The translations under genes and the position numbers were made by a program. This document shows, piece by piece, positions 25,173 through 37,233 of a stretch of 64,000 nt of DNA. This DNA comes from Octopus vulgaris (taxonomy: Eukaryota). The stretch covers positions 107,880,001-107,944,000 of the forward strand of contig OX597819.1 in the NCBI GenBank assembly GCA_951406725.2, written 5' to 3'. Position 1 is the first letter of the stretch; each line of letters begins with the position of its first letter. The notes beneath the pieces were generated by a model that saw nothing but the letters and a program-made list of their open reading frames with translations, did not search any database and was not told the DNA's origin.

Positions 25173-25979
25173 TCGTTCCAGAACACGATCTCAGATCAAG
25201 TCACTCGCTATGCAAGTGCATCTCCGTAATATATATATATATATACACACACACTTACGCGTACGTGCGTGTATGGAATAATCAGCTATTTTGAGTTGAT
25301 AAATATTAAGGAATACTCATCGTTGAAATAGATGGAAAATTCATTTACTTTTATGTTTATGTGTGTTTGGGAAATAGTTCTGTGAGTTATAAACGAATGA
25401 GATCATGCCAGTCAACTGTCTAATCTGTCTGTCCCTTTAAAGGATTCTACTGGATTGTACTATTTTGGAGTCAAAGTGTGTCGGTTGTTATTCGTACAGT
25501 GCGAAATAAATGTCTTTCGATGCATCAAAGAATCATTATGTGTGCGTGTTTTGGTGTTTGTTCTCTACCAGCACCGCTTGACAACCGGTGTTGATTTGTT
25601 TACGTTCCCGTGAAAACGGTTCGGCATGTAAGATTGGTAGAATAAGTATCGGGCTTTAATAAAATGAGGACTGGGATCAATTTGACGGAAACCCTTCGAA
25701 GCAATGGCTCAGCGTGGTCGCATTCCAATGATCAAAAAACGCAAAAGATAAAAGATACAGAGTCGTTTTGTCACAAAAGGAAGCATCTACATGGCCGTTC
25801 ACTCTGCTGGAAATAGCAACTGAATCTTCGTTAAATCGCATTTTACCACTTTAAGAAAAGTGCTCATCGGCCAATATGGTACTCAGTTGAGTATTTCCCT
25901 GGCGGAGTTAAAGCTAGAAAGCGAAATATGCTATAATTCTCATTGTTTTTAAATTTTTTTATCGGTTAGTTTGTTCTCT

Positions 25980-26167
25980 ACTTCCGGTCGTCCATAACAT
26001 TTCTATATTCGGACTTCATGTTTCTATTGCTTCGTTATTTCAAACATCTTCTTGAAATATAAGTACATGTGTGATAGCAGCAAATATTGGGTATTTAAGA
26101 CGTATAAAGAAGGGGTATGTTGTTGTTTTATTGTTTAGGCTTCAGAAATAGAAACTAATATGTTGAG
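25980..26167 (+). promoter_or_regulatory. Putative promoter/non-coding first exon of ZNF-C
   Basis: ETS-like ACTTCCGG at 25980; donor TTGAG|GTAAGATCTCTTT at 26168 is identical to the ZNF-D donor at 52170. Confidence 0.5.
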
Positions 26168-27011
26168 GTAAGATCTCTTTTGTCTCTTGTTATATAGCTT
26201 CATGCTTGTCCTGACCATTAATTTTTTTCAGAAATAGTGTACCCGAACTACATTATTCAATGTGTCTTTCTCTTTTTAAGACATCTGGTTTTATTTGAGG
26301 AAGGTCAGGTTTATATTTTTAGCAGGCCAGCTGACCACATAAAAGCTCCTTCGTTGGCTGGTTTTGTTTGACAGTTGCTATAGATTAAAATGTTGGTAGA
26401 TAGCATGTGTTTTACTGTTGGCTTGTATAATTCAGTGATGTGTCAACATGTTCAGTGATGCGTTAACATAGACATTGTTCAGTGATGCATCAATTTATTG
26501 AGTTCTGTCGGAGGAATATTGTGATCTGTGTTTCTTCAGAAACGTAGACGTTGAAATTGTGTACAACACAGTTTGGTGATATCGTTTGAAATGTGGAAAC
26601 TCTGAATACTCTGTGGCTGATAATATGTTCATATTTTCATTCTAGTTCAAAATGAGTTTCATATCTTGTTTTTTAGTTACAGTGATGAAATACGCTCGTC
26701 ATGCTGTAGAGTTTTGTTTTAATATCGATATCTCTAGATGATGATAAGGAACATGTTTCGTTGTGAATGCCTCATGTTATATTCCTTGAAGTTTTATCCT
26801 TAACCACATGTTGATTTTGTTGTATTTCAGGAAATATTTTCGAAAAGAAGAAAAACATCAAAAACAAGTGTTTCTGGAATAATGAATCAACTGTTAAGTT
26901 CTTTGTTTCTTTGAGGATATATGTAAACATGCACTTTTGAATGAAATTGATGTTTTGATTATATAAGCTGGAGAATATTGCTTAATATTATACTTCTGTG
27001 AATTTCAAAGT

Positions 27012-28220
27012 ATGGAAGAAGAAGAAGAAATGGTCCACAAAAACAAACGATCATATAATTGTGAAATATGTGGGAAAACATTCTCAGCTAATAGTAGTTT
27101 AAAGAGGCATAAAATGATTCATGCAGATGAGAAGCCTTTCCACTGTGATATTTGTGGTAAAGCATTTTCACAGAACTATAATTTATGGAAGCATAAATTA
27201 ATACACACAGGTGAAAAACCACACCAATGTGAGATTTGTGGTAAAGCTTTTTTATTGAGTGGTCACTTAAAGAGACACGAAATGATTCATACGGGGGAGA
27301 AACCTTACCAGTGTGATATTTGTGGTAAAGCCTTCTCCCTGAGTTGTAATCTAAGGAGTCATAAGATGACTCATACAGGGGAACGTCCATACCAGTGTGA
27401 AATCTGTGCCAAAGCATTCTCGTCTAATAGTGCTTTAACAAAACATGTATTAATCCACACGGGGGAGAAACCATACCAGTGTGATATTTGTGGTCGAGCA
27501 TTCTCACGCAGTGGTCACTTAAAAACACATGAATTAGTTCATACCGGAGAAAAACCATTTTATTGTGAGGTTTGTGGTAAAACATTTTCGTTAAAAGGTA
27601 ACTTGAGGAAGCATGCCCTCACTCATACAGAGAAACCATCTCAATGTGATGTTTGTGGTGAATCATTCTCATCTAATATTGACTTTAGAAATCATAAAAG
27701 AATTCACAAAAAACCAAAAATCTACCAGTGTGAAATTTGTGCTAAAATATTTTCGTGTAATAAAAGCTTAAAGAAGCATGAAATATTACATACAGAACAG
27801 AAGGTTTATCAGTGTGATATCTGTGATAAAACATTCTCAAGGAAAGAATTTGTTGTGATACATAAAACAGTTCATACAGGAGAGGAAGCACATCATTGTG
27901 AAATTTGTGGTAAAACGTTTTCATCTAGTGATAGTTTAAGCAAGCATAGTCTGTCACATTTAGAAGAGAAACCATATCAATGTGAGTTTTGTGGCAAAAC
28001 ATTCTCGTATAATTGTGACTTCCTAAAGCATGAAATGGTTCATACTGGAGAAAGACCATTCCCTTGTGATGTTTGTGGAAAAGCATTTGCACAAAGTTCT
28101 ACCTTGAAAAAACATAAATTGGTTCATACAGGAGAGAAACCATTCCCTTGTGTAATTTGTGGTAAAGCATTCTCATGTAAAAGTAACTTAAATAGACACT
28201 CTGCTATTCACATTAAATAA
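27012..28220 (+). CDS. C2H2 zinc finger protein ZNF-C (402 aa, 14 fingers)
   Basis: Tandem C2H2 fingers with TGEKP linkers; acceptor TTGTATTTCAG|GAAAT at 26830. Confidence 0.95.
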   Translation: MEEEEEMVHKNKRSYNCEICGKTFSANSSLKRHKMIHADEKPFHCDICGKAFSQNYNLWKHKLIHTGEKPHQCEICGKAFLLSGHLKRHEMIHTGEKPYQCDICGKAFSLSCNLRSHKMTHTGERPYQCEICAKAFSSNSALTKHVLIHTGEKPYQCDICGRAFSRSGHLKTHELVHTGEKPFYCEVCGKTFSLKGNLRKHALTHTEKPSQCDVCGESFSSNIDFRNHKRIHKKPKIYQCEICAKIFSCNKSLKKHEILHTEQKVYQCDICDKTFSRKEFVVIHKTVHTGEEAHHCEICGKTFSSSDSLSKHSLSHLEEKPYQCEFCGKTFSYNCDFLKHEMVHTGERPFPCDVCGKAFAQSSTLKKHKLVHTGEKPFPCVICGKAFSCKSNLNRHSAIHIK

Positions 28221-29284
28221 ATGATATCACAATGAGAATTATGGTGAAATATATATATATGAAATGTAAGATTTTCAGTGTAGCAGTGAATTGGATGGAA
28301 TGGAGAGAATAATGAAGGGATTTTTTTAATAAAATTTAAGACCAAAGAAAATGTGTGAAAGTATTGTCATATTTTTAACAGTAATTTTTTGTGATTGGCA
28401 CAGGTAAGTTTACCTATTTGTAGAGGAGAGATATTCAAATTTATCAGAGTAATGTTTAGTGTTTACTTTATTAATTTTGAAAATAGGGATGATTAGAGTC
28501 AGCGCTAATAGAATTTGATGTTGCAATATGGAGAAATGATCCAGAAACATGAATCCAGTTCATTAATTCAGTCCACTTATGTTTGTGGTGTTCTACTTCT
28601 ATCTGTATTAAAAGACAAAACTACACAATTTAGCATGTTATATTTCACCTTACGTATTGAGAGTATGAATTGGTAAGGGAAGAGAAATGGCAGACTGACT
28701 TGGCTTGAGGGTAGGGTTACTATATGGCACTTTTCAAGCATATTCTAACCAAAAATGTAATTCTTTATTAAATTGCTATTTATAAGTAGATTCTTGTAAC
28801 CCTGCATTTTCTGTGGTATACAATAGCCTGTTTGCAATGTCTACACTGATCAATTGGCAAACTGAAGCTTTCAAAACTTTTTGAATGGTATGCCAGTGAA
28901 AAGTTATCCTAAATTTCTTTTAGTTGTATGGTTCATCTGATTGTGAGTCATGTCTTACATGGCTTGCTTCCTGATGAAGATTGACCTGGGGCTAAACAGT
29001 ATCTGATTACTTTTAAGGCATAGGTCTGCTGGACTAGAGCTGACTTGGGGCTAAGGAACAGCTAACTACTATATGCCATAAGTCAAACAACAGCATTAAC
29101 TCTCCAACAAGCTCTCACCACTTAGTTATTGGAACAATTTATCAATGTTAAACAATATTGAACCAGGTGAATACTTGTCTTAGAATTCAGCTACAGAAAG
29201 GGAAACTACCTGAAAATTAGTAAGGACAGCTGTTTTCATAGCTTCCTCTTCTCGGTCTCTCTGTATGTATTTATACATACATAT

Positions 29285-29612
29285 ATGACTGTGTGGTTAA
29301 GTCAGCAGCCATGTAATTTTGGGCTCAGTCCCACTGCACAGCGCATTGGGTAAGTGTTTCCTACTTTAATCCAAAGCCTTGAGAGTGGATTTGATTTGTG
29401 GGAACTGAAAAAGTTTGTGTGTGTATTTATATTTATATATATATGTATATATATCTTTACTGTTACTTGTTTCAGTCATTTGACTGTGACCATGCTGAAG
29501 CACTACCTTTAGTTGAATAAATCGACCCCAGGACTTACTGTTTGTAAGCTTAGAACTTATTCTATCAGTTTCTTTTGCTGAACCACTAAGTTACAGAGAC
29601 ATAAACGCACCA
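29285..29612. mobile_element. Two SINE family C fragments in opposite orientation
   Basis: Head TGTGTGGTTAAG..CAGTCCCACTGC (+), then tail TTACTTGTTTCAGTCATTTGAC (-). Confidence 0.6.
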
Positions 29613-29642
29613 ACATATATGTGTGTGTGTATGTTATATGTG

Positions 29643-29674
<32 letters not shown>

Positions 29675-29774
29675 TATGTATACATATATGTACATATATA
29701 TATACATATATGTATGTATACATATATATAGATGTAAGTATGTACATATATGTAGGTATATATGCATATACATA

Positions 29775-30167
29775 TCTGTATATATAAAAGGCAGGATGTG
29801 TGTGTGTACGTGAATGTAATTTATGCACGTCCACAAATTAGCACTCATGTCGCTCCAATTTTAGGAGGACATTCGTTATGACCCTAGCTGTATTTTCGTC
29901 AACTTATTTTTCCCAGAGGCACCAGCGAATAGCAGTAAAAATTAATTTTCAACCAAAACTTTTAACCATTTTCAAGTTAGAGAAATCACCATTGTTTGCA
30001 AACAGGAGTTAAGTCCCCTTCTAGCGACGAGTAAGTTTTTGTTAAGACTTTTGTTGCTTTTTTTCCTTCGAGGAAGAAAGTGTTTTGTTGATATACGGGC
30101 AACACACACACATGTATGCATCCAAAAAACATATATGCAGTAGGTGTACATAGTACGTGTGTGTTGC

Positions 30168-30212
<45 letters not shown>

Positions 30213-30332
30213 AATTTCAACGGATTCTGCCCAAATTTGATGTCGATGTTACTTAGTTTGGTTTGAAATAAAGAACTTGATTAGCTTAATAATCCTAACT
30301 TAATCCTGGGCAAAGCCGGGTTATACTGCTAG
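29775..30332 (+). mobile_element. Non-autonomous Helitron-like element
   Basis: A|TCTGTATATATAAAAGGCAG start; CCTGGGCAAAGCCGGG hairpin + TTATACTG-CTAG end. Confidence 0.6.
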
Positions 30333-31028
30333 CATATATTATTTATATTATTATATGATTGAACGCCACACATCCTCTTCCAAGTAAGTTTTATCTTAAT
30401 AATTCTGATGCACACTCTGTACGATCTTTTTACTCTTTCGTTTTTCTCTCTCTTATTCTTTTACCATCTCTTCTCCCACTATTCTATCCTATTACTCTGT
30501 CACTTTCTCTCCCTCACTCCTCCCTTGCTCACGTGGCTCCTACGTGTCCATCAACCATCTTTCCTTCTTTCTCTCCATTGTAGCTTGAACAAGGAAGATG
30601 TGTTCTTGTTTGTCCAAGCTTGATTTACGCATTCGCCACCTCAATCTCATTTAGGTTTAGCAGCCCTTCTTCTTTGTTTTCACTGTCTTGTTTGTATTAC
30701 CAATTTTGACCCTCTGCAAAATTCCAAATTTTATTTAATTTGCTTTGCAGGAGCAACTATTTTATCGAAAGCATATATTGTTGTTAAATGTTCGAAATAC
30801 GAGAGTAGAAAAACAACCAACAACTGATGAAGGGTCGTTCTTTATACTGTTTGTTTTGTTTTCCATTTGTGCTTTTTGTTGTTCGAAAGAATAGTTCATG
30901 TTCTATGTACTCATGCTTCGTATTTTTTTGTTGTACACATTTCCTGATGTCCTGTACCCACATATGCATATATATATATATATATATATACATGTAGATG
31001 TAAGTATGTACATATACATATGTATATA

Positions 31029-31067
<39 letters not shown>

Positions 31068-31235
31068 GTGTATGTATTATTTATATTATGTATGTATTTA
31101 AAAGCAGCAGAAATATAACAAAAGCTGATACTCAGAGTTTCACATTCCCGTTCATTGGATTGAACGGACTGGGAAGTTTTGTTTGGGGACAGAAGGACAA
31201 AAATATGGTAATAAGAAAGAGAGATAGAAACGAGC

Positions 31236-34196
31236 AAACTTGAGGAACAGCAATTTGATGAAATACTTTCCATTCATCCTCTGCAGAAACTTCTGGCAGT
31301 CTCCATTTTCTCATCAAAACACCATCTTGGTTGTAATAACAAACAGGAACCTTAACAGCCTCATTGTTGGGAAGTGCTCGGCGAGCCAATGTTTGAATTT
31401 CAGGATCGTCTCCCTGAGATGAAATGAGCTGTGAACGAGTGAGTACAGGGTCAAGCCCTGAAAACTGAGCTGCACTGCTCAGAACAAAAGTACATTCTCC
31501 TGTAGAGAATGATCCATAAAAGATCCAGCAAGATCATAACTATCATTCTCATTAAAATTCTCTTTCGAGGTGTTGTTATCCAAAATCTCTTTTGAGATAT
31601 TATCTGGAATCTCTTTTGAGATATTTTTGGAAATCTCTTGTGAAATCGAGTTAGCCATAGAATGAGTCACAGCACATGAGGGAAAAATACCAGGAATTAT
31701 TTCCTGAAGGGATTCAGTGCTCTCAGAAGTGCTTGGCTCAATGCTAACATGTGGATCAGACAAAACCTTGGATCCTGCTAAATCATTTCCAATAAGCAAG
31801 TCTTAACGCCAACTTTCATCAAACCAGACACAAAATCTGACTGCAAATCAACAAAATGTAGAGGTGCACCTGAAATTCCATTAATACCCTCTAATAAAAT
31901 ATCAGATTTAGCAGACAACACTTCTGAGGAAGGAAGAGTACCTTCGAACAATAAAGACTGGAGTGCACCTGTCCCTCAAAATAGTAATGGGTCGTAATGT
32001 GGACTTATTACCCTCAAGTGAGATAAAACCTTTTGAAGTAAAAGGCAAGTACCTCTCATCAACAAAAACAGCAGACTTTGGTGACTGAACTGAAACAAAC
32101 TGCACCTCAGTGTTAATAATGACGGAAATAAGCTGAGACCTGACATTCACAAAAGCATGTGTGACTGATTTTTTGAATTGAGCTTTTTACACTCAGAAAT
32201 CAAATGGCCTGACTTTCTACAATATCTACAAATAATTTTTGAATGAAAATTTGAATCAGATTTAGAAACAAATGGACTGGTTGACTTTTTTAACTCTGAA
32301 CCACTGGACTTGTTAGGATTCGAACCTGACTTAGCTGAATAAATTGACTTACTTGTCTGACTTAACTCGAAATTATCCTGAGTATAATAACCATACAGCT
32401 TGAACTCACGTTTATGAGTAATAGAATAATCATCTGCTAAACTAGCTGCCTCTTGTAACTGTTCTACTCTCTGCTCTTCCAAATAAGTCCTAATATCAAC
32501 ATGCACGCACTATTTGAAATCCTCTAATAATATTAGTTGCCTCGATTTGTGAAAATCTTCCCCAACTTCTTTTGACACCTATCAAACAAATTTTCCTTCT
32601 TTCTAGCAAATTCTACTTAAGTATCCTTACTTCTTTTCTTGGACTGTCTAAATTTTTGTCTATATGCTTCAGGGACCAGTTCATAAGCTTTTAGAATAGC
32701 CTGTTTGACCACTTCATAATTCAAACTTGCTTCATTCAATAAAACCGAATAGACTTTCTGAGCCCTGCCTTTTAAAACACTGTATTAACATTGTCCAATG
32801 CTCCACAGGCCATCTCAAATTTATTGCTTCCTTTTCAAAATGAAGGAAAATTTTATCAACATCTTTTTCACTAAATGGGGGCACAAGTCTAATATCTTTA
32901 GCTACATCAAAATCTTTCTGATCACGAGGAGTGTCCAACTTTCTACTCTGTAACTCCACTTCTTTTAATTTTAATTCTTTTTTGGATTTTCCATTTCCTT
33001 TATTTCTTTTTGAAATTCTAATTCTTACTTCTTCAACTCAAACTCTTCGGTTTTCTCTGATTTCAACAATAACAAAGCCGACTCTTCGAAAATTTCTTCA
33101 TCAACCAAATGTTCCAAAACAACTTTGAAAATCTCTTTCTTTTTCATAGTTGACTTAACCTCATCCAAATAGTAATGTTTGGCCAATAACAACAATTCTG
33201 ATATTTTAAAAATCCTTAATTGCTCCACGCTGGGAAATTCAATAAATTTTTCAAACTGATTTCACAATAAGAATTTTAATTGTTGATACAAAAGTATACA
33301 GGTAATATATATATTTCAGCAGTGGAAATTTTGTGTATAACTTTTGAAAAATTCTCGGAAATTTTTTTTATTTTTAAACTCAAATCAATCAGTTCAGAAG
33401 TGAATAGTAAAGTTTTATGAGGAGATTAGTTCCCAGACAAGCCCCCAGTTTGTTACGATCAGACAAATTCTTAGATATAAAAAGGGGCGAACTTCTGAAC
33501 GCAACAACAAAATTGTAAAATCAGTGAAAGGATGAAATTATGTAACAAAAATTTATTTTAGCCTCGCCTGGCCCCCGTGCCAGTAGCACGTAAAAGCACC
33601 ATCCGTTCGTGTCCATTGCCAGCCTCGCCTGGCCCCCGTGCCGGTGGCACGTAAAAACACCATCCGTTCGTGGCCGTTTGCCAGCTCTGTCTGGCACCTG
33701 TGCAGGTGGCACGTAAAAAGCACCCACTACACTCACGGAGTGGTTGGCGTTAGGAAGGGCATCCAGCCATAGAAACACTGCCAAATCTGACTGGGCCTGA
33801 TGAAGCCTTCCGGCTTCACAGACCCCAGTTAAACCGTCCAACCCATGCTAGCATGGAAAACGGACGCTAAATGATGATGATGATGATGAAGTCAATTAAA
33901 AGATACATTCGATAATTAAGCGATCCATTTGCAAATAAATTTATATCCAAAGAATTTAATGTCCAGAATTTGATTGTTCAAAGATATGTTGTAAACGGTC
34001 CGATCCGTATGCAGCTCTCTTTCTTTACTATCAACGCAAATCCGTTAAAAAGAGAACAGTTGTCTGGGCAACGTCATTTCAACTCTCATCACAAACCACT
34101 TATCTCCCCTCAACCAGATTTTGAAGCTTCAGTCAGAAAACATTCTAAGTTATCTCCCTTCATTATGTTCTCATTTACACTGATTATAACAATATA
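31236..34196 (-). mobile_element. Decayed Gypsy LTR retrotransposon, Gmr1-like (5' LTR, PBS, gag, protease, start of integrase region)
   Basis: LTR end ..CGTAACA at 33451; tRNA-Pro PBS TGGGGGCTTGTCTGGGA 33447-33431; gag LVPPFSEKDVD..WP..HW; knuckle CRYCRKSGHLISEC; protease ILRD(T)G..LIGNDLAG; then YYNQDGVLMRKW..HQIAVP. Confidence 0.85.
33558..33888 (+). mobile_element. RTE-type LINE 3'-UTR/tail copy inserted in the LTR
   Basis: GCACGTAAAAGCACC repeats, GTTAGGAAGGGCATCCAGCC, (GAT)n tail. Confidence 0.8.
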
Positions 34197-34786
34197 CTAG
34201 CAGTATAGCCCGGCGTTGCTCGGGTTTGTTTTTTTAGTTGCGCTTAAAACAGCAGACTTTGATATCGCGTTAACAAAGTTTTGACATAGTTTCAATCTAT
34301 GAATAAAAGTATAGTGTGCTTGAGTTTGCTCTGAATGTGCTGCAAATGTGTAATGCCGACTTCAATTGTTGGTATTGTTGGTTAATATTCCTTCTATTAA
34401 CATTATGGAGAAAAAAATTCTTTTCGACCCTTTAGAATTGGAATTTTTGAAAAGTAAAATTTTTGTATTATGTAGCTTGTTATTCACTTTAAGTAATCAT
34501 TTTTCTGGTTGAAATACACTGAAAAATGGCGGCACAGCAGTCAAAAAATCGTAAAAAATTGGGATTTTCATAGAAAAAAAGCACATTTTTGATGTAAATA
34601 ATTTTTGGTCTTAATATGGTCCAATTTGAATTTTTTCGTCTACGGAATGAAGAGCAAGCCTTCTATTATACTCTCAATTTTGGTCAACTTGCGCCGCAGG
34701 GTCTCGGAGGAGATAGTGTTAGTTGAAGGCTACCAAACCTGCCACACACACACACACACAGACAACTTCAGCTTTATATATATAGA
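34197..34786 (-). mobile_element. Non-autonomous Helitron-like element (paralog of 17598)
   Basis: Minus strand A|TCTATATATATAAAGCTGAAG .. CCCGAGCAACGCCGGGCTATACTG-CTAG|T. Confidence 0.85.
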
Positions 34787-34991
34787 TATATATATATGTA
34801 CATATGTGTATGATAGATCGTTAGCCACTACGCACATTTTTTTTCTCTCCTTGTTTTTTCTGTGTCCCTTTCTGTAGAAGTGCGTAGGCTCGAAACGTAA
34901 AAGACTTTTTCTATTCCTGAGCGTTATACTAATATATCTGTTTGTTTTGTACACCACCTGTCTTCGTCTTTTGTTTTTTTTCGTAAACTTT

Positions 34992-35025
<34 letters not shown>

Positions 35026-35203
35026 TACAAAATTAGAAAATGGAGAAACATACTTAAATCAATCAAACATCAACCATCAGATGATACCCAATCAATACTT
35101 TATTACACCATTACATAACAGTAAAGGCATTATACAAAATATATTGTAAATATAATTAGACAAGGAAATAGAAATATAAAATATAATATGTAATTATATC
35201 ATA

Positions 35204-35314
35204 TCTGACAGCTGTTTCGGCAATAAGGGCAAGCAAGCCTCATTTAACCTATAAGCCATATAAGGCAGGTATAAATGAGACATTAACAAGGATGCCCCAC
35301 GGCCTCTTCAGAGA
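35204..35314 (-). ncRNA. Type I hammerhead ribozyme motif (Penelope-like-element type)
   Basis: Minus strand TCT-CTGAAGA-GGCCGTGGGGCA..long hairpin..TGCCCTTATTGCC-GAAA-CAGCTG-TC-AGA; GUC cleavage triplet. Confidence 0.75.
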
Positions 35315-35778
35315 ATTTAATAAAATATAATTGTGAAAAAAATTTTTTTCCATATACATATAAATATAAAAATGTAAAATATAAAAACGTGTGCATAGAC
35401 ACCATAATACTACACATATATATATATATTCATTAACACAATAATACAAGATAAACAAAATAAAACAAAATATATATCAATATATATTAATAAGCACAGT
35501 TATTCTACATATTGAGCTAATATTTCTAAAAACTAACACACAGGAAAATATATGCACACTCACATTTAAATTAAAATCAGACCTATACATGAAAAATAAT
35601 AAAAAACCACATTTCAGTTCATAAAATTATAAACCTGTAAAAGTCAATAAAAATTACTATTAATATTAATAATAATAATAATAATAATAGATACAATTAT
35701 GTCTGTACCAAGTACATCCATCGGATATCGACATATCTATGAGTCTGTTTATTCTGTCCGCTTGATATTGATTATTCT

Positions 35779-35828
35779 TGTATATATATATATGTATGTA
35801 TATATATATATGTATATATATATATATG

Positions 35829-35859
<31 letters not shown>

Positions 35860-35898
35860 GTATATATATATGTATATATATATGTATATATATATATG

Positions 35899-35945
<47 letters not shown>

Positions 35946-36000
35946 GTATATATATGTATATATATATATATATATGTGTATATATATATATGTGTGTGTG
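35779..36000. repeat. (TA)n microsatellite interrupted by TG
   Basis: Directly visible. Confidence 0.95.
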
Positions 36001-36160
36001 GGAGTATGAATAAGTAATGTGTAGAAGTATACGGCTACATTATAAATTTATCTTTGTCTATATGTTTATGTGTATGTATAGATATATATATGTGTGTGTG
36101 AGTTTGTGTATGTAGATATGTTTTTACTCTTTCAAAAGACAGACAAGCGGCGCTATAATA

Positions 36161-36490
36161 ATGACAAAATACATCAATACCCACACTGGACAGGCCGAAG
36201 TCCAGATTGGTGACACGTACTGGGAGCTGTATTGTTTGGAGCATGATATCCAGCCAAATGGCGAGTTATCATTTGCAGGAACTACTGGTGTTACTGTTTC
36301 GACAAGCAAGTTCCTCCTTGACTTAGGCACTATGAAACGTGTCCCCAGATCCATGCTCATCTATTTAGGACCCACGGTTGTTAATGAAGTACCTGTTGGA
36401 AAATTTTACTCAAATCAAACCATCAGTGGTAAGATGCAAATGACTATGCCAGGTGTCGATATACAATATCGAAAGTGGTTTGGTGTGTGA
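36161..36490 (+). pseudogene. TUBA: Diverged alpha-tubulin N-terminal fragment (probable retrocopy)
   Basis: [46 protein letters not shown] vs alpha-tubulin [46 protein letters not shown]; frameshift near GKEDAANNYARG; truncated; no intron. Confidence 0.85.
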
Positions 36491-36736
36491 GCCAATCCTG
36501 AAATGTGTGCGTGTGCGATCTGCTTCACTGACGCTATCACCCTAATTTCTCCTCCTTTCTCTTTGCAAGTGTGCAACGATTAAAGTGAAAGCTCTTTCAC
36601 TCTGCATTCCCACTTCCTCTTTACACACATAGACACGCAAATATATAAATAAAATTGTAAGCTAACGTGTGTGTGTGTGTGTGTGAGTGTATGTGTGTGT
36701 GTGTGTGTGTGTGTGAGGGTGCGTGTGTGTGACAGG

Positions 36737-37230
36737 AAAGTTTTTTAGGACGAATATAAGATCTAAAGTATATTCAAGTAGCAGAAAGATCGCCCAAAAG
36801 TGTATATAGATATTTAAATGTATTTATATATTCATCTATACACACATGTATGTATAATGGGTGTGTATATATTTCCATACAGGTAACCATTCACTCTGCA
36901 CAAAGTTTTTTTAGGACGAAAATAACATCTAAAGTTATCTCTAAGTAGCAGTTGCCCAAAACTGTATATAGACACACACATGTATGTATAATGTGTGTGT
37001 ATATATTTCCATAGAGGTAACCATTCACTCCATACAAAGTTATTTAGGACGAATTGGACGAATATAAGATCTAAAGTATATCCAAGTAGCAGAAAGATCG
37101 CCCAAAAGTGTATATAGATATTTAAATGTATTTATATATTCATCTATACACACATGTATGTATAATGTGTGTGTATATATTTCCATAGAGGTAACCATTC
37201 GCTCCGCACAAAGTTTTTTAGGACGGACGA
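36737..37230. repeat. Tandem repeat, ~135-170-bp unit x3
   Basis: AAAGTTTTTTAGGACGAA..TCTAAAGT..GGTAACCATTC recurs at ~36737, 36902, 37036; fourth start at ~37210. Confidence 0.85.
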
Positions 37231-37233
37231 AAA

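Noticed and set aside
33451-33520. Gypsy 5' LTR and the 45165 solo LTR as the two ends of one element
   Set aside because: They share only the generic TGTTACG terminus; the solo LTR has its own TSD
33797-33830. CTGATGA-AGCC-TTCC-GGCT hammerhead half
   Set aside because: No GAAA after stem II; part of the RTE tail
35699-36017. YIYI/CVCV-rich ORFs here and throughout the window
   Set aside because: Stop-free dinucleotide repeats, not genes
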